Shown here: one piece after another, positions 8,541-17,991 of the stretch | Layout of the letters: each line of letters opens with the position of its first letter | How positions within the stretch are numbered: position 1 is the first letter of the stretch | Origin: a virus | Lineage: Duplodnaviria > Caudoviricetes | DNA length: 64,000 nt | Virus record (IMG/VR): IMGVR_UViG_3300028601_000023 | Location: 77,175-141,174 of that record | Reading direction: 5' to 3' (one strand) | Made by a program: the position numbers and the translations under genes | Notes under the pieces: model-generated | The model's database searches: none | What the model saw: only the letters and a program-made list of their open reading frames with translations | Told to the model about the DNA's origin: nothing

Positions 8541-8997
8541 AGAATACAAGAAGCATATGACCTTTTTGAGAATCGCAAAAGAATTTGCAAATCTGTCTCA
8601 TTGTGTTTCTCATAAGGTTGCTGCTATTGCTGTAAAGGATGGAAGGATCGTTTGTTCTGGTATCAATGGGACTCCTCCCGGAGATGCTAACTGTGATGAT
8701 ATCTTTGATGCTGATAATTTTGATAGAGAAGAACACAAAATCTTCTCAGACAAGAAAGAACTTCATGCTGAAATGAATTTGATTCTCTCAGCAGCTCGTG
8801 AAGGCATTTCGTTGAAAGGATCTACTCTATATTGTACGTTGTTTCCTTGCGGACAGTGCATCAAGAATCTTATGCTGTCTGGTATCTCTACTATCTATTA
8901 CGCAAAGGTCTATGACAGATATTCAGAAAAAGAATACAATGACACGTTGTGGTGGTGTCGGGATCGTGGAATTACTATTGAACATATCCAAGTATAA
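8533..8997 (+). CDS. cd: dCMP deaminase
   Basis: SHCVSHKVAA, SGINGTP, LHAEMN, PCGQC. Confidence 0.9.
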   Translation: MSKEYKKHMTFLRIAKEFANLSHCVSHKVAAIAVKDGRIVCSGINGTPPGDANCDDIFDADNFDREEHKIFSDKKELHAEMNLILSAAREGISLKGSTLYCTLFPCGQCIKNLMLSGISTIYYAKVYDRYSEKEYNDTLWWCRDRGITIEHIQV

Positions 8998-9000
8998 ATA
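8993..9000 (+). promoter_or_regulatory. T4-type late promoter
   Basis: TATAAATA upstream of ORF 9028. Confidence 0.6.
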
Positions 9001-9027
9001 ATTCAAAATAGACCCAAGGAGATTTAT

Positions 9028-9393
9028 ATGGCACGGAAAAAGAAAGATGTAGAAGTAGTTAAAGAAACATTTGATACTCCAGAAGAAGTGGTAGAACCAG
9101 TTGTAGAAACGTTTGCTGATATCACTGTAGATGAAATGCTTCCAGTATCAGATGCAGATGAAGAAGTTAAACCAGTAGTTGAAGAAATAGTTGAAGAAGT
9201 AAAGGATCCTGCTGTTAGTGAAGTATTATTCCCTCTAGTAGTTGGACTTGTTGCTGATGGATATCAGGCTAGTGATATCAAGGCTCGTGTAAAAGCTATT
9301 GTAGAAAAGCGAGAAATTCATGGAGATCTAACCAAATTCTATGAGCAACGTTTTACTAAGGATATGATTCTTGTTCTGTCGGAGCTTAAGTAA
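9028..9393 (+). CDS. acidic hypothetical protein
   Basis: AGGAG SD; E/V/P-rich N-terminal half. Confidence 0.7.
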   Translation: MARKKKDVEVVKETFDTPEEVVEPVVETFADITVDEMLPVSDADEEVKPVVEEIVEEVKDPAVSEVLFPLVVGLVADGYQASDIKARVKAIVEKREIHGDLTKFYEQRFTKDMILVLSELK

Positions 9394-9394
9394 G

Positions 9395-9721
9395 ATGGTA
9401 CTGACATTCAGAGAGTTTCATAATACTGTCAAGAAGGTTGAAGAAGCCTTTAACGAGAATACTGATGAGACTATCGAGGGCTTCTTCGAGAAACTAGAAG
9501 AAAAACAAGTCTGTCTTGAAACCGTTATGACTGGTGATATTGCTCAGATGACTCTTCCTCTCGGAGTTATGCGTAGACGTAAACCTATTCCGGAGACTGT
9601 TCCTGACAATTCAGAAATGGAAAAATGGATAGCTGCAAACAAAGCTGCTTTCAAGAAACGCTATGGTGATGACTGGGAAAAGGTCCTTTATTCTACAGCA
9701 GAAGCCCTCTACAAGAAATGA
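9395..9721 (+). CDS. hypothetical protein, possibly head-associated
   Basis: MVLTFREF CTS-like start; C-terminal FKKRYGDDWEKVLYSTA motif. Confidence 0.55.
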   Translation: MVLTFREFHNTVKKVEEAFNENTDETIEGFFEKLEEKQVCLETVMTGDIAQMTLPLGVMRRRKPIPETVPDNSEMEKWIAANKAAFKKRYGDDWEKVLYSTAEALYKK

Positions 9722-10290
9722 TAGTTGCTGGTGTAGATTACAGCATGTCGTCACCAAGCATTTGTGTGTACGATACTGAATCTGGTGATTTGTCTCATCA
9801 GAACTGTTTCTATTTCTATAAACAGGTTGTTCCGTCTATAAAGGAAATGAGTAGGATCTGTCAGTTAGATCTGATAAATATCTTTCCTGGATATCAGAGC
9901 AAGTTTGAAGATGAATTCACTAAAGTATTCTGTCTAGCTGATTGGGGATATTCTATCATACGAGAAATGAAAGTAGAACTTGTAGCTCTCGAAAGTTATG
10001 CTTTTGGTGCGTCTGGCAGAGTATTCAATATTGCTGAAGCTACTGGATTATTCAAGATGTTTCTTCGGTTGAACAAAATTCCTTTATTGACTTTTGCTCC
10101 ATCTCAGATTAAAAAGGTTTTTTCAGGAAAAGGAAATAGTAATAAGAACGCAATGATCAAATTCTACAATGATAAATATAGCGTTAATATGTGGGATATT
10201 TTTGGAGTTGAAGAAAAAGTTGAAGCTCCGATTGCTGATCTTGTTGATTCGCATGCTATTCTTTATACATATCTAGAACTAAAATCTTAG
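9718..10290 (+). CDS. RuvC-like Holliday junction resolvase
   Basis: IVAGVDYSMSSP, VALESYAFG, IKKVFSGKGNSNK, DLVDS. Confidence 0.85.
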   Translation: MIVAGVDYSMSSPSICVYDTESGDLSHQNCFYFYKQVVPSIKEMSRICQLDLINIFPGYQSKFEDEFTKVFCLADWGYSIIREMKVELVALESYAFGASGRVFNIAEATGLFKMFLRLNKIPLLTFAPSQIKKVFSGKGNSNKNAMIKFYNDKYSVNMWDIFGVEEKVEAPIADLVDSHAILYTYLELKS

Positions 10291-10299
10291 GAGGCCTTA

Positions 10300-10737
10300 A
10301 TGATTTACACCAAAGTTGGGGATGTAAAGTCCCCTTGTCGCGCTAATGATACTGATGCGGGTATCGACTTCTACGTTCCAAATGACTTTTCTCCAATTAC
10401 ACTTGATCCACAAAAAGACATTCTCATTCCTCTCGGAATCAAAGTACAAGTTCCAAATGGATATGCTTTAATTGCATTCAATAAATCTGGTGTGGCCACT
10501 AAAAAGAAATTTGTTGTCGGTGCGTGTTGTGTAGACGTAGGCTATGAAGGTGTTGTGCATTGTCATATTCTCAACGCTGGAACAGAACCACAAGAAATTA
10601 TTCCAGGAATGAAGATTGTTCAGTTTGTTCTTCTTCCTATTAGCTCAGCACATCCTAAAGAGGTATCTAACGATGAATATACAGCATGTTGTGGATCAAA
10701 CCGCGGAGCAGGCGGATTCGGATCAACTGGCGTCTAA
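10300..10737 (+). CDS. dut: trimeric dUTPase
   Basis: DAGIDF, KSG, VDVGYEG, KIVQ, RGAGGFGSTG. Confidence 0.92.
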   Translation: MIYTKVGDVKSPCRANDTDAGIDFYVPNDFSPITLDPQKDILIPLGIKVQVPNGYALIAFNKSGVATKKKFVVGACCVDVGYEGVVHCHILNAGTEPQEIIPGMKIVQFVLLPISSAHPKEVSNDEYTACCGSNRGAGGFGSTGV

Positions 10738-11011
10738 CTATACTGTCAATCTATATGTAATGGATCCTTCTGGGATCCGCGAAATACTTATTGAGACCCA
10801 GTTAGATTTGATCTCTGCTTATTATCTACAGAAGAATCTAAATGCTTCTATTGAACTATTGAGAAAAACAAAAGATTCTGTTGCTGTTTCATTTACTTAT
10901 ATTAAAGACGGCGAACTTTGTTCTTGTGGGTTTATCAATGTTGTTGGGATCGTTCATAACATTCCAGTATTGAAAGCACAAGAAATTCCAGATGAGGTGA
11001 TTGATGAATAA
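10616..11011 (+). CDS. hypothetical protein (start uncertain, probably downstream of the dut stop)
   Basis: Fills the gap between dut and the HAD gene. Confidence 0.45.
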   Translation: MFSLFFFLLAQHILKRYLTMNIQHVVDQTAEQADSDQLASNYTVNLYVMDPSGIREILIETQLDLISAYYLQKNLNASIELLRKTKDSVAVSFTYIKDGELCSCGFINVVGIVHNIPVLKAQEIPDEVIDE

Positions 11012-11378
11012 GCATAAAGGATATTCTCGTATTCTAATGGACATCGACAACACTATCTCGTTTACTACTGATAGGGACTATGCTAATGCGGTTCCTAATA
11101 TGCCAGTAATAAAAAAGATGAGAGAGCTTGCTTCTCAAGGTGTAAACTTTGTTTTGTTTACTGCTCGGGGAATGGTGACATTTGAAGACAATGTAGATGC
11201 AGCTGAGAGGCGTCATAGACCACAGCTAGAAGAATGGATGAAAAGGTACAATGTTCCTTATTCTGATATTGTATTTGGAAAACCATTTGCTTTAGCTATT
11301 GTAGATGATACTGCTATCAGACCAAATGAATTCTTGGAGTTATCTCTTGATAAAACAACACACACCGATAGTAATTGA
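11001..11378 (+). CDS. HAD-family phosphatase (capsule-biosynthesis type)
   Basis: MDIDNTI, FTARGM, FGKP, VDD. Confidence 0.85.
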   Translation: MMNKHKGYSRILMDIDNTISFTTDRDYANAVPNMPVIKKMRELASQGVNFVLFTARGMVTFEDNVDAAERRHRPQLEEWMKRYNVPYSDIVFGKPFALAIVDDTAIRPNEFLELSLDKTTHTDSN

Positions 11379-12771
11379 TAGCAACAAAAAGGAATCAGTG
11401 GTTTTCATGGTTCCTTTTTGTCCGTCCAAGACTATCAAGTATTCACCTATTTTTGGATTCAAGTATACAATTTTAAAGGAATTGCAGAACCAATTCAATG
11501 TGATCATTATCGGTGGAGACACTGAACTGTCTACAGAATTCAATTATTTTCGTCCAGACCAGAAAAGATTTGATGAAATAAAAGAATCAGAATTCAAGAA
11601 AAAGACTGAGACTGATAATCATTTTTTATATAACTATAATATCATCAAAGGCCATCTACGAGACGTTCTAAAAGTTATTTCTGGATTGAACGTCAAGTAT
11701 ATACTAAACAATGATGAAGGTATGTGGCTTCCGTTGATGAAGTATAAGCTCAAAGAATTTAAACACGAGTTCAACGAGTTCTTTGACTATACTGGAGATG
11801 ATCTTAGTATAATTCAAAAGAAAAATGAATATAGTGAAGAAGTCTCAAACAATATACATCGGCATGTCAATATTCTTGCATATTCTCAGGTCCGCCAAGC
11901 ATTTCAGTATTGTCTGATTGATGTTCTAGTTGAGATGTTTCAGAATACTCTAAAATCTTTTGACAATTTTGTTATAGATCCGGTGAACTTTGCTCCGTAC
12001 TATAATAACCTTCCGGTTCCAAATAGGAATCTTTATTTTGTTGATGACAATAGAGGAACACGTAACTTTCAGAAATTTCCAATTGGACAATTACAACACG
12101 CCTATCATGATGAAGCCGTTAAGACCATAAACCCGTTAGACGATGAAGATCCGATTGTAAAAGATAAAATCTTTATTCATTATAGCTCATTGTTCCATGA
12201 GAAAGGTTCTAGATTGGACCTGTGGAATTTATATTTCAAAGATCTAAGAATCGAAAATTCTTCTCTGTTTATTCCAATGAAGTCTAATGGATTCTTTTTC
12301 AAATCAGAAAAGGAATTGAACGGATCACAGCGTTTGATTTCTGAAATGGATAAACTATATAAGATTTTTGGAGAAGATCTTGTTGATGAAGTTAATTCGC
12401 ATCCAATGTATTGTAAATGGTTTAAACCCGAGCAATGCAATGATATTCTAAAGCAGTATCGTTATTCTACGATCATTCGTTGTATGTCTCATTATGATTC
12501 GTTGAACTATCGTCCGGTTCTATATACTTACAATAAAGTATTACCGTTGTTAGATCCAATGTATGATCCGGCATACTTACATATTCCGAAAGAGATTCAG
12601 GAATTGCTTTTAGTACGAGATCATAAAGACATTGAAGACAAAGTAAAGTATTACGAACAACGCCCACAAGAACGTGAAGATATATTGGAATTTCTATGGA
12701 ACCATTTCGAGATTGACAAATGGAAGAATCCAGAATATATTGACTCATTAATCAAATCATATTGGAGTTAA
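11305..12771 (+). CDS. putative DNA glycosyltransferase (GT-B, beta-glucosyltransferase-like C-terminus); start uncertain
   Basis: C-terminal LNYRPVLYTYNKVLPLLDPMYDP..LLVRDHKDIEDKV parallels T4 BGT ITLRVWETMASDAVMLIDEEFD..FYVNNRAELIDRV. Confidence 0.6.
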   Translation: MILLSDQMNSWSYLLIKQHTPIVIDSNKKESVVFMVPFCPSKTIKYSPIFGFKYTILKELQNQFNVIIIGGDTELSTEFNYFRPDQKRFDEIKESEFKKKTETDNHFLYNYNIIKGHLRDVLKVISGLNVKYILNNDEGMWLPLMKYKLKEFKHEFNEFFDYTGDDLSIIQKKNEYSEEVSNNIHRHVNILAYSQVRQAFQYCLIDVLVEMFQNTLKSFDNFVIDPVNFAPYYNNLPVPNRNLYFVDDNRGTRNFQKFPIGQLQHAYHDEAVKTINPLDDEDPIVKDKIFIHYSSLFHEKGSRLDLWNLYFKDLRIENSSLFIPMKSNGFFFKSEKELNGSQRLISEMDKLYKIFGEDLVDEVNSHPMYCKWFKPEQCNDILKQYRYSTIIRCMSHYDSLNYRPVLYTYNKVLPLLDPMYDPAYLHIPKEIQELLLVRDHKDIEDKVKYYEQRPQEREDILEFLWNHFEIDKWKNPEYIDSLIKSYWS

Positions 12772-12777
12772 AAATTT

Positions 12778-14178
12778 ATGGCTAATGTAATCTATGCCAA
12801 ATTCGGTAAAAGTATTCTTTTTGACGAATCCAAATGGTCACCAGCCGGAGGAGATAATGAAGCATCTTATCTCCTTTTTGCAATGGCTCGGTTCTATCCT
12901 GAACATACCTTTTGGATCGTTGGTAAATCTGATTGGGATAGAGTCTTTCCAGAAGGTCATGAAAAATTTCCAAATATCAAGTATATCTGGTCTAAGGAAT
13001 ATTGGGAAGATGCGACCAATCCGAACAAATATTCTGATGATGAAGATAAAAATGTCGTTATAGAAAAGTATTGTAACTATACATATAAGACATTTCAGCG
13101 TCTAGGAATTACTATTGATTACGGTATCCTTCTGATGGGAATTATGTACAATGCTCATATTCCGAACTGCGTCCCAAAGACTCGCGGAGTAAAGGATACT
13201 GATCCAATTGAATTTTGTAAGCCGTTAGAATGCCCGCTGAAGTATTCTTCTCATATCAATGTTCTATTGAATGAGACAGATGTTCCATGGATGATTATCT
13301 GTACTGATCCTCGCCAAACAAGAAACAAACCCAAGGATCTGATCAACCAAGCATATATTGTAGCATCTCAAATTGATGACGTCTATTCTAAAGCTGGAAC
13401 AAAACATTGGTATAACGGAAAGCACGTTCCTACTCTGAATGACAGACATCATGAGAGTTCTTATGCTGAATTCATCAATCTGTTATCTAGAGACCCTTAT
13501 ATGGAACTAAAGAATCTTGATCGAGATTGGTTTGCTAAAAAATCTGGATTCAATATGATAGTAAATGAGGGCATACCTTCAACAGATCCAAATAAGAAAC
13601 CTCCACGCTGGCATCCGTTGAATGAATATATTCTATCAGATCCATTGTTTGAATGTTCTATCTATGGCAAATGGACAGACGAAGTACTTGATTCTGATAG
13701 TAGATTTAAAGGACCGATCCACCCGAATAGTCTTGGAACTGTTCTAGAGACTACTAAATATACATTCTGTATTCCGATCGATGCTGGATGGATGACTTCT
13801 AAATTTGTCGAGATGGCCCACTTCGGAGTAATTCCGTTTCTACATAAGGACTATGCATCTAAATCACTGTCAAAGAATTTCATTGATGACTATTTCTTTG
13901 TTTCTTCTAAAGAAGATCTGTTCAATAAAATAACAGACTTGGAATCATCCTTTGATAAATACATGGCAGTCATTGAAAAGCTGAAAAAAATTATCTTTAT
14001 CAGTAATAGCATGGCTATGTATACTGGGGCCTTTGTTTCTGCTTCTATGGTCAATTTGATACACAAGCATGAACAACATACTGATATTTGGCCGTTGAAA
14101 ACAAAAGAATCATTAAAAGAAACAATTACATTGAAAGATTATATGAAAGTATCAAATCCCATGGATGCTTTTTTCTAA
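12778..14178 (+). CDS. putative DNA glycosyltransferase (GT-B)
   Basis: N-terminal KFGKSILF..GGDNEA; C-terminal IYGKW, TKYTFCIP..GWMTSKFVEMAHFGVIPFLH. Confidence 0.65.
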   Translation: MANVIYAKFGKSILFDESKWSPAGGDNEASYLLFAMARFYPEHTFWIVGKSDWDRVFPEGHEKFPNIKYIWSKEYWEDATNPNKYSDDEDKNVVIEKYCNYTYKTFQRLGITIDYGILLMGIMYNAHIPNCVPKTRGVKDTDPIEFCKPLECPLKYSSHINVLLNETDVPWMIICTDPRQTRNKPKDLINQAYIVASQIDDVYSKAGTKHWYNGKHVPTLNDRHHESSYAEFINLLSRDPYMELKNLDRDWFAKKSGFNMIVNEGIPSTDPNKKPPRWHPLNEYILSDPLFECSIYGKWTDEVLDSDSRFKGPIHPNSLGTVLETTKYTFCIPIDAGWMTSKFVEMAHFGVIPFLHKDYASKSLSKNFIDDYFFVSSKEDLFNKITDLESSFDKYMAVIEKLKKIIFISNSMAMYTGAFVSASMVNLIHKHEQHTDIWPLKTKESLKETITLKDYMKVSNPMDAFF

Positions 14179-14187
14179 GGAGTGCAA

Positions 14188-15480
14188 ATGAATTTTACTT
14201 GGTCAGTTATTGTCCCTCTCATCGGCGGACTTCCACTTGCTATGAAAAATGTTTTTGAGAAAGATCCTGAATACATAATGAGTTATTCTCCATTTCAAAA
14301 TAATGATAAACATTTTGTTTCTTATCTTCGTCAACATGGATGGAACGGAAAATATCATGTTCTTGATTCTGTAGAAGATTCTTGTATTGCTGATATTTGT
14401 ACTGATGAACCCGAAACAAATGTAGATGTGGTTGGAGCTGTTTGTCCATGTGCTGGACTATCTTCTTTATCCGTTACAAGTAATGCTGATTCAGCTGTCA
14501 ATCAATGGCTCTATACTTCAGCAGAATATGTATTGAAAAATCGGAAACCAAAGATCTTTTGGGGCGAGAATGCTCCGAGGCTTGCCACTGCGTCTGGAAA
14601 GAAGGTTGCTGATGAACTCTATGAGATCGGCAAAAAGTATGGATATCATTTTCTAATCTATTCAACCGAATCGCGTCTCCACGGCAATCCACAGATCAGA
14701 CCAAGAACTTTCTATTTCTTTTTCAATAAAACGCATTTTGCTTCTATGCCAGTTCTTTATGATATTCCCAAAGAAACCCTTTCTTATGAAGTAGTCCTTG
14801 CTAAACCTCTAATAGAAAATGATCCGATGAACATTCTAATGAATCCGAATGTTCCGTCAAAGGATCCATATTACTCTTTCTTATATGAGCATCTGCAGGC
14901 TGAGTCTCATCGTGATCTAATAGAAAAGCTTTGTCCGTCTACTAACGGAGATAACAAATCTGCTAATCTATTGGTTTATTCTATCGATTATGTCGATAAG
15001 AATCATGGTGGTCTTGACTATCTAATTGATTGGTTTAAAGATAATGGCTTTGAGCGTGCATCTAAACGTATGTCTGATGTAAAAGCAAAAAGAGAATGCA
15101 ATAAAGGAGCATGGTTGCATGGAACAACTGTTGCTAGAGATATAATCCCATCATTTGTTGCACATATGCCATCTTCTCTGATTCATCCATACGAAGACCG
15201 TTACTTGTATATTCGAGAAGGTCTCCGTCTAATGAAGATGCCTGATGATTTTATGCTTGCTAATGAGAATCCACTACGAGATCTAAATCATATCTGTCAG
15301 AACGTTATTGTTACTACTGCAGAACTAATGTGTAAAGAAATTATTCTTATGCTTACAGGGAATTCTCCAGTAACAGATGGGTCTTATGCTATACAGACTA
15401 ACAAAGGTGGAACAACTGCTATTTGTGATCGGACACCAGTTGATGATTTATCTATCTCTTCTTTAGATGATTTTTGTTGA
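14188..15480 (+). CDS. C5-cytosine DNA methyltransferase-like protein, atypical motif I
   Basis: CPCAGLS (motif IV), GENAP (VI), PQIRPRTF (VIII), HPYEDRYLYIRE..RLM..PDDF (IX), ICQNV (X); motif I reads PLIGG. Confidence 0.8.
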   Translation: MNFTWSVIVPLIGGLPLAMKNVFEKDPEYIMSYSPFQNNDKHFVSYLRQHGWNGKYHVLDSVEDSCIADICTDEPETNVDVVGAVCPCAGLSSLSVTSNADSAVNQWLYTSAEYVLKNRKPKIFWGENAPRLATASGKKVADELYEIGKKYGYHFLIYSTESRLHGNPQIRPRTFYFFFNKTHFASMPVLYDIPKETLSYEVVLAKPLIENDPMNILMNPNVPSKDPYYSFLYEHLQAESHRDLIEKLCPSTNGDNKSANLLVYSIDYVDKNHGGLDYLIDWFKDNGFERASKRMSDVKAKRECNKGAWLHGTTVARDIIPSFVAHMPSSLIHPYEDRYLYIREGLRLMKMPDDFMLANENPLRDLNHICQNVIVTTAELMCKEIILMLTGNSPVTDGSYAIQTNKGGTTAICDRTPVDDLSISSLDDFC

Positions 15481-15505
15481 CAGTAACTCAAAGAATGATT
15501 ATTGT
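15477..15505 (+). promoter_or_regulatory. sigma70-type promoter
   Basis: TTGACA-N17-TATTGT. Confidence 0.65.
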
Positions 15506-15541
15506 TTATCCATTAAATCAACCTAAACCTGGGGTTTTGAG

Positions 15542-15700
15542 ATGAAGATTTCAAAGGAAGAAATCAACAAGATGAATCGGGCTGATGAGTTTTACCACAT
15601 GTCGGTTGGCGAAAACAAGCGTCGGTGTAAAACTCATGAGTCTCAGAAACAGTATAAGAGAAAAGATAAGTATAAAAAAGATTTTTCGGAGGCTGAATGA
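15542..15700 (+). CDS. small basic protein (52 aa), not in the ORF track
   Basis: MKISKEEINKMNRADEFYHMSVGENKRRCKTHESQKQYKRKDKYKKDFSEAE; behind a promoter, ATGA overlap with rnh. Confidence 0.65.
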   Translation: MKISKEEINKMNRADEFYHMSVGENKRRCKTHESQKQYKRKDKYKKDFSEAE

Positions 15701-16584
15701 TTCTTTATGATTTTTCTGGTACTTTGTTCGCTGCAATCCACGTATCCCTTGCTCAGAACGGCTCTATTGTTACAGAAGAAAAGTTTCTTAGACATCTGAT
15801 CATTAACTCTCTACGTCATTGTAATAACAAGTACAAAGACAAATATGGAGAGATGGTTGTCTGTCTAGATTCTCGTGATGGATATTGGAGAAAGAAGGAT
15901 GTATTTCCATACTACAAATATGGAAGAAAAGAAGGACGCGAAGCTTCTGCTATTGATTGGAATACTATCTTTGTATCAATCAACAAGATCGTTGAAGAAG
16001 TAAAGACATACTTTCCGTATAAGATCCTCCAAGTTCCACTCTGTGAAGCTGATGATCTAATTGCTGTTCTTGCTAAGAATGCTGAAGAACTAACAGAAAA
16101 GAATATTCTTGATGAAATGACTCATCCTGTTTTGATTGTTTCTAATGATAAAGACATGAAACAATTGCATAAATATAAATGGGTTCGGCAGTATTTTCCA
16201 CAGAAGGATACTATTCTACGAGAAGCCGACCCAAAAATGTTTCTGATTGAACAGGTTCTGAAAGGCGATAAAGGAGACGGTATTCCAAATGTCAGGTCAG
16301 CAGCCGATTCATTTGTCGTTGGAAAAAGACAACTTCCAGTCACAGCGAAGTTCATTCGAGAATTCTTAGAGATGGGGACAGCTGCTTTTACTACTGCAGA
16401 ATATAACCGATACCGCGACAACAAGAAGCTGATTGACCTTTCAGAGATCCCGGATAAATATGAACAACAGATAGTTGAAGCATACAAATCGGCCAAACCA
16501 AATACAAACAAAATGGATCTCATGAAGTATTTTTGTGCAACAGATTTGAAACAGTGCTTAGAGAAGATATCTGAATTTTACTAA
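15697..16584 (+). CDS. rnh: RNase H / 5'-3' exonuclease, T4-type
   Basis: ILYDFS, YWRK..FPYYK..R, EADDLIAVL, SNDKDMKQL, GDKGDGIPNV. Confidence 0.93.
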   Translation: MILYDFSGTLFAAIHVSLAQNGSIVTEEKFLRHLIINSLRHCNNKYKDKYGEMVVCLDSRDGYWRKKDVFPYYKYGRKEGREASAIDWNTIFVSINKIVEEVKTYFPYKILQVPLCEADDLIAVLAKNAEELTEKNILDEMTHPVLIVSNDKDMKQLHKYKWVRQYFPQKDTILREADPKMFLIEQVLKGDKGDGIPNVRSAADSFVVGKRQLPVTAKFIREFLEMGTAAFTTAEYNRYRDNKKLIDLSEIPDKYEQQIVEAYKSAKPNTNKMDLMKYFCATDLKQCLEKISEFY

Positions 16585-16596
16585 AAGGAACAAACT

Positions 16597-17673
16597 ATGG
16601 CTTACACATTACTAGAAGTGATTGAGAATCCGAGGCGGATCAACAATATCGGAAGAGATTCTCTCTTCGATTATCTAGAAGAGGCGTCTAAAGATCAGGA
16701 AAGGTTTAATGCATATATGCAGATGTTGGACAACTTTGTTCCATGGGCTTATTCTGGTATTATGTTGGCTGCCTCTGATATCTATAGCCTAAAAGCATTG
16801 TTTGGTGATGAAATTGAAAATGCTGGAACAGTCAAATATGATCATGGATCTGTCGGACTACTTCCAGCAATCAAAATGATCTATACATATTATGAGATTG
16901 GGAATATTGTAGACGAAGTTCGTCGAGCGCAGATCATGACATATGCTGAATCGACTCTAGCATCAGACGATCATCGATTCTTTATCCGGATGCTTAAACA
17001 AGATGTTTCTAAAAAGGTTATGAAAGCGCTGAAACAGTATAAAGAAGATGGATTAATGCAGCCGAGATATGCCGAATACTTCAAGTTCTCTTATGAGAAA
17101 CCTGTTTTGTGTGAACCCGCATCAGATTTTTCATATTTCATTCCAGTATCTAATCTATCAACAAAAGTAAAGTGTGAGAATGTACTATATGAGATGGACG
17201 GATCTATCTCTTCTTATAATTTGAATACGATCTATTCTGAACTTCGTAAAAATGGAATCAATACTTTTGCTTTACCACTTCGATGCTATATCTATTTTGA
17301 TGGTGATGAAGCTGTTGCTTTTCAGACTCCCCAAAAAATGTACTATCTCAAAAAATGTATCTCATCTGCAGCAGTCTCATTAGCAGACGTAATTTCAAAG
17401 AATCCTACTCATATTCTTGACTGTGATATTGTTACTGGAGAAATCAAAGGATGCGCGTCAAAGGAAAACACAGAACTTGTAGAACGGTCTTTAGAAGTGA
17501 AATCTTCGTCTGTGTTAGCAATCCCAGTTCAGAATAACATCTACAGGATGCTACAGTGCGTTCTAAAGGATGATAACTTGATTACTATATCAACATACAC
17601 CGGATTCGAGAAAGCTCCCGGAAAGAAAATTAAAGTCATTGAACATAATCAGGTATTCTATCTGTTAGAATAG
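16597..17673 (+). CDS. hypothetical protein
   Basis: 358-aa ORF with SD; no motif recognised. Confidence 0.7.
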   Translation: MAYTLLEVIENPRRINNIGRDSLFDYLEEASKDQERFNAYMQMLDNFVPWAYSGIMLAASDIYSLKALFGDEIENAGTVKYDHGSVGLLPAIKMIYTYYEIGNIVDEVRRAQIMTYAESTLASDDHRFFIRMLKQDVSKKVMKALKQYKEDGLMQPRYAEYFKFSYEKPVLCEPASDFSYFIPVSNLSTKVKCENVLYEMDGSISSYNLNTIYSELRKNGINTFALPLRCYIYFDGDEAVAFQTPQKMYYLKKCISSAAVSLADVISKNPTHILDCDIVTGEIKGCASKENTELVERSLEVKSSSVLAIPVQNNIYRMLQCVLKDDNLITISTYTGFEKAPGKKIKVIEHNQVFYLLE

Positions 17674-17713
17674 AATCTTCAAAAACTTTTTCTTCTGAAA
17701 AGCGTTTTTCTGA

Positions 17714-17742
17714 TTGACAGATTAACGCTTTTTTTATATTCT
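17714..17742 (+). promoter_or_regulatory. early promoter overlapping a terminator-like hairpin
   Basis: TTGACA-N17-TATTCT; AAGCGTT...AACGCTT plus T-run spans the -35 box. Confidence 0.75.
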
Positions 17743-17769
17743 GTTTCTACCAATTGAAACGGGGGACAA

Positions 17770-17982
17770 ATGATCTGGATAAAATCTTTTTGGCTGGTTC
17801 TCACCGGATATGACTATTTTATTGTTGACGGCGAGGTCTTTGGGTATTATCATAAGGCTAAACCATACTACGATAGTCTAAACGATTCTCATGTTGTTAT
17901 GCTTGGTTACAATATTATTATTGGCAGGACTTCAAAGGTTCACGAAAAATATAACCGGAACGGCACGTCTGTTCAATTCTAG
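17770..17982 (+). CDS. hypothetical protein
   Basis: GGGG SD behind a promoter. Confidence 0.6.
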   Translation: MIWIKSFWLVLTGYDYFIVDGEVFGYYHKAKPYYDSLNDSHVVMLGYNIIIGRTSKVHEKYNRNGTSVQF

Positions 17983-17991
17983 GAGATTCAC

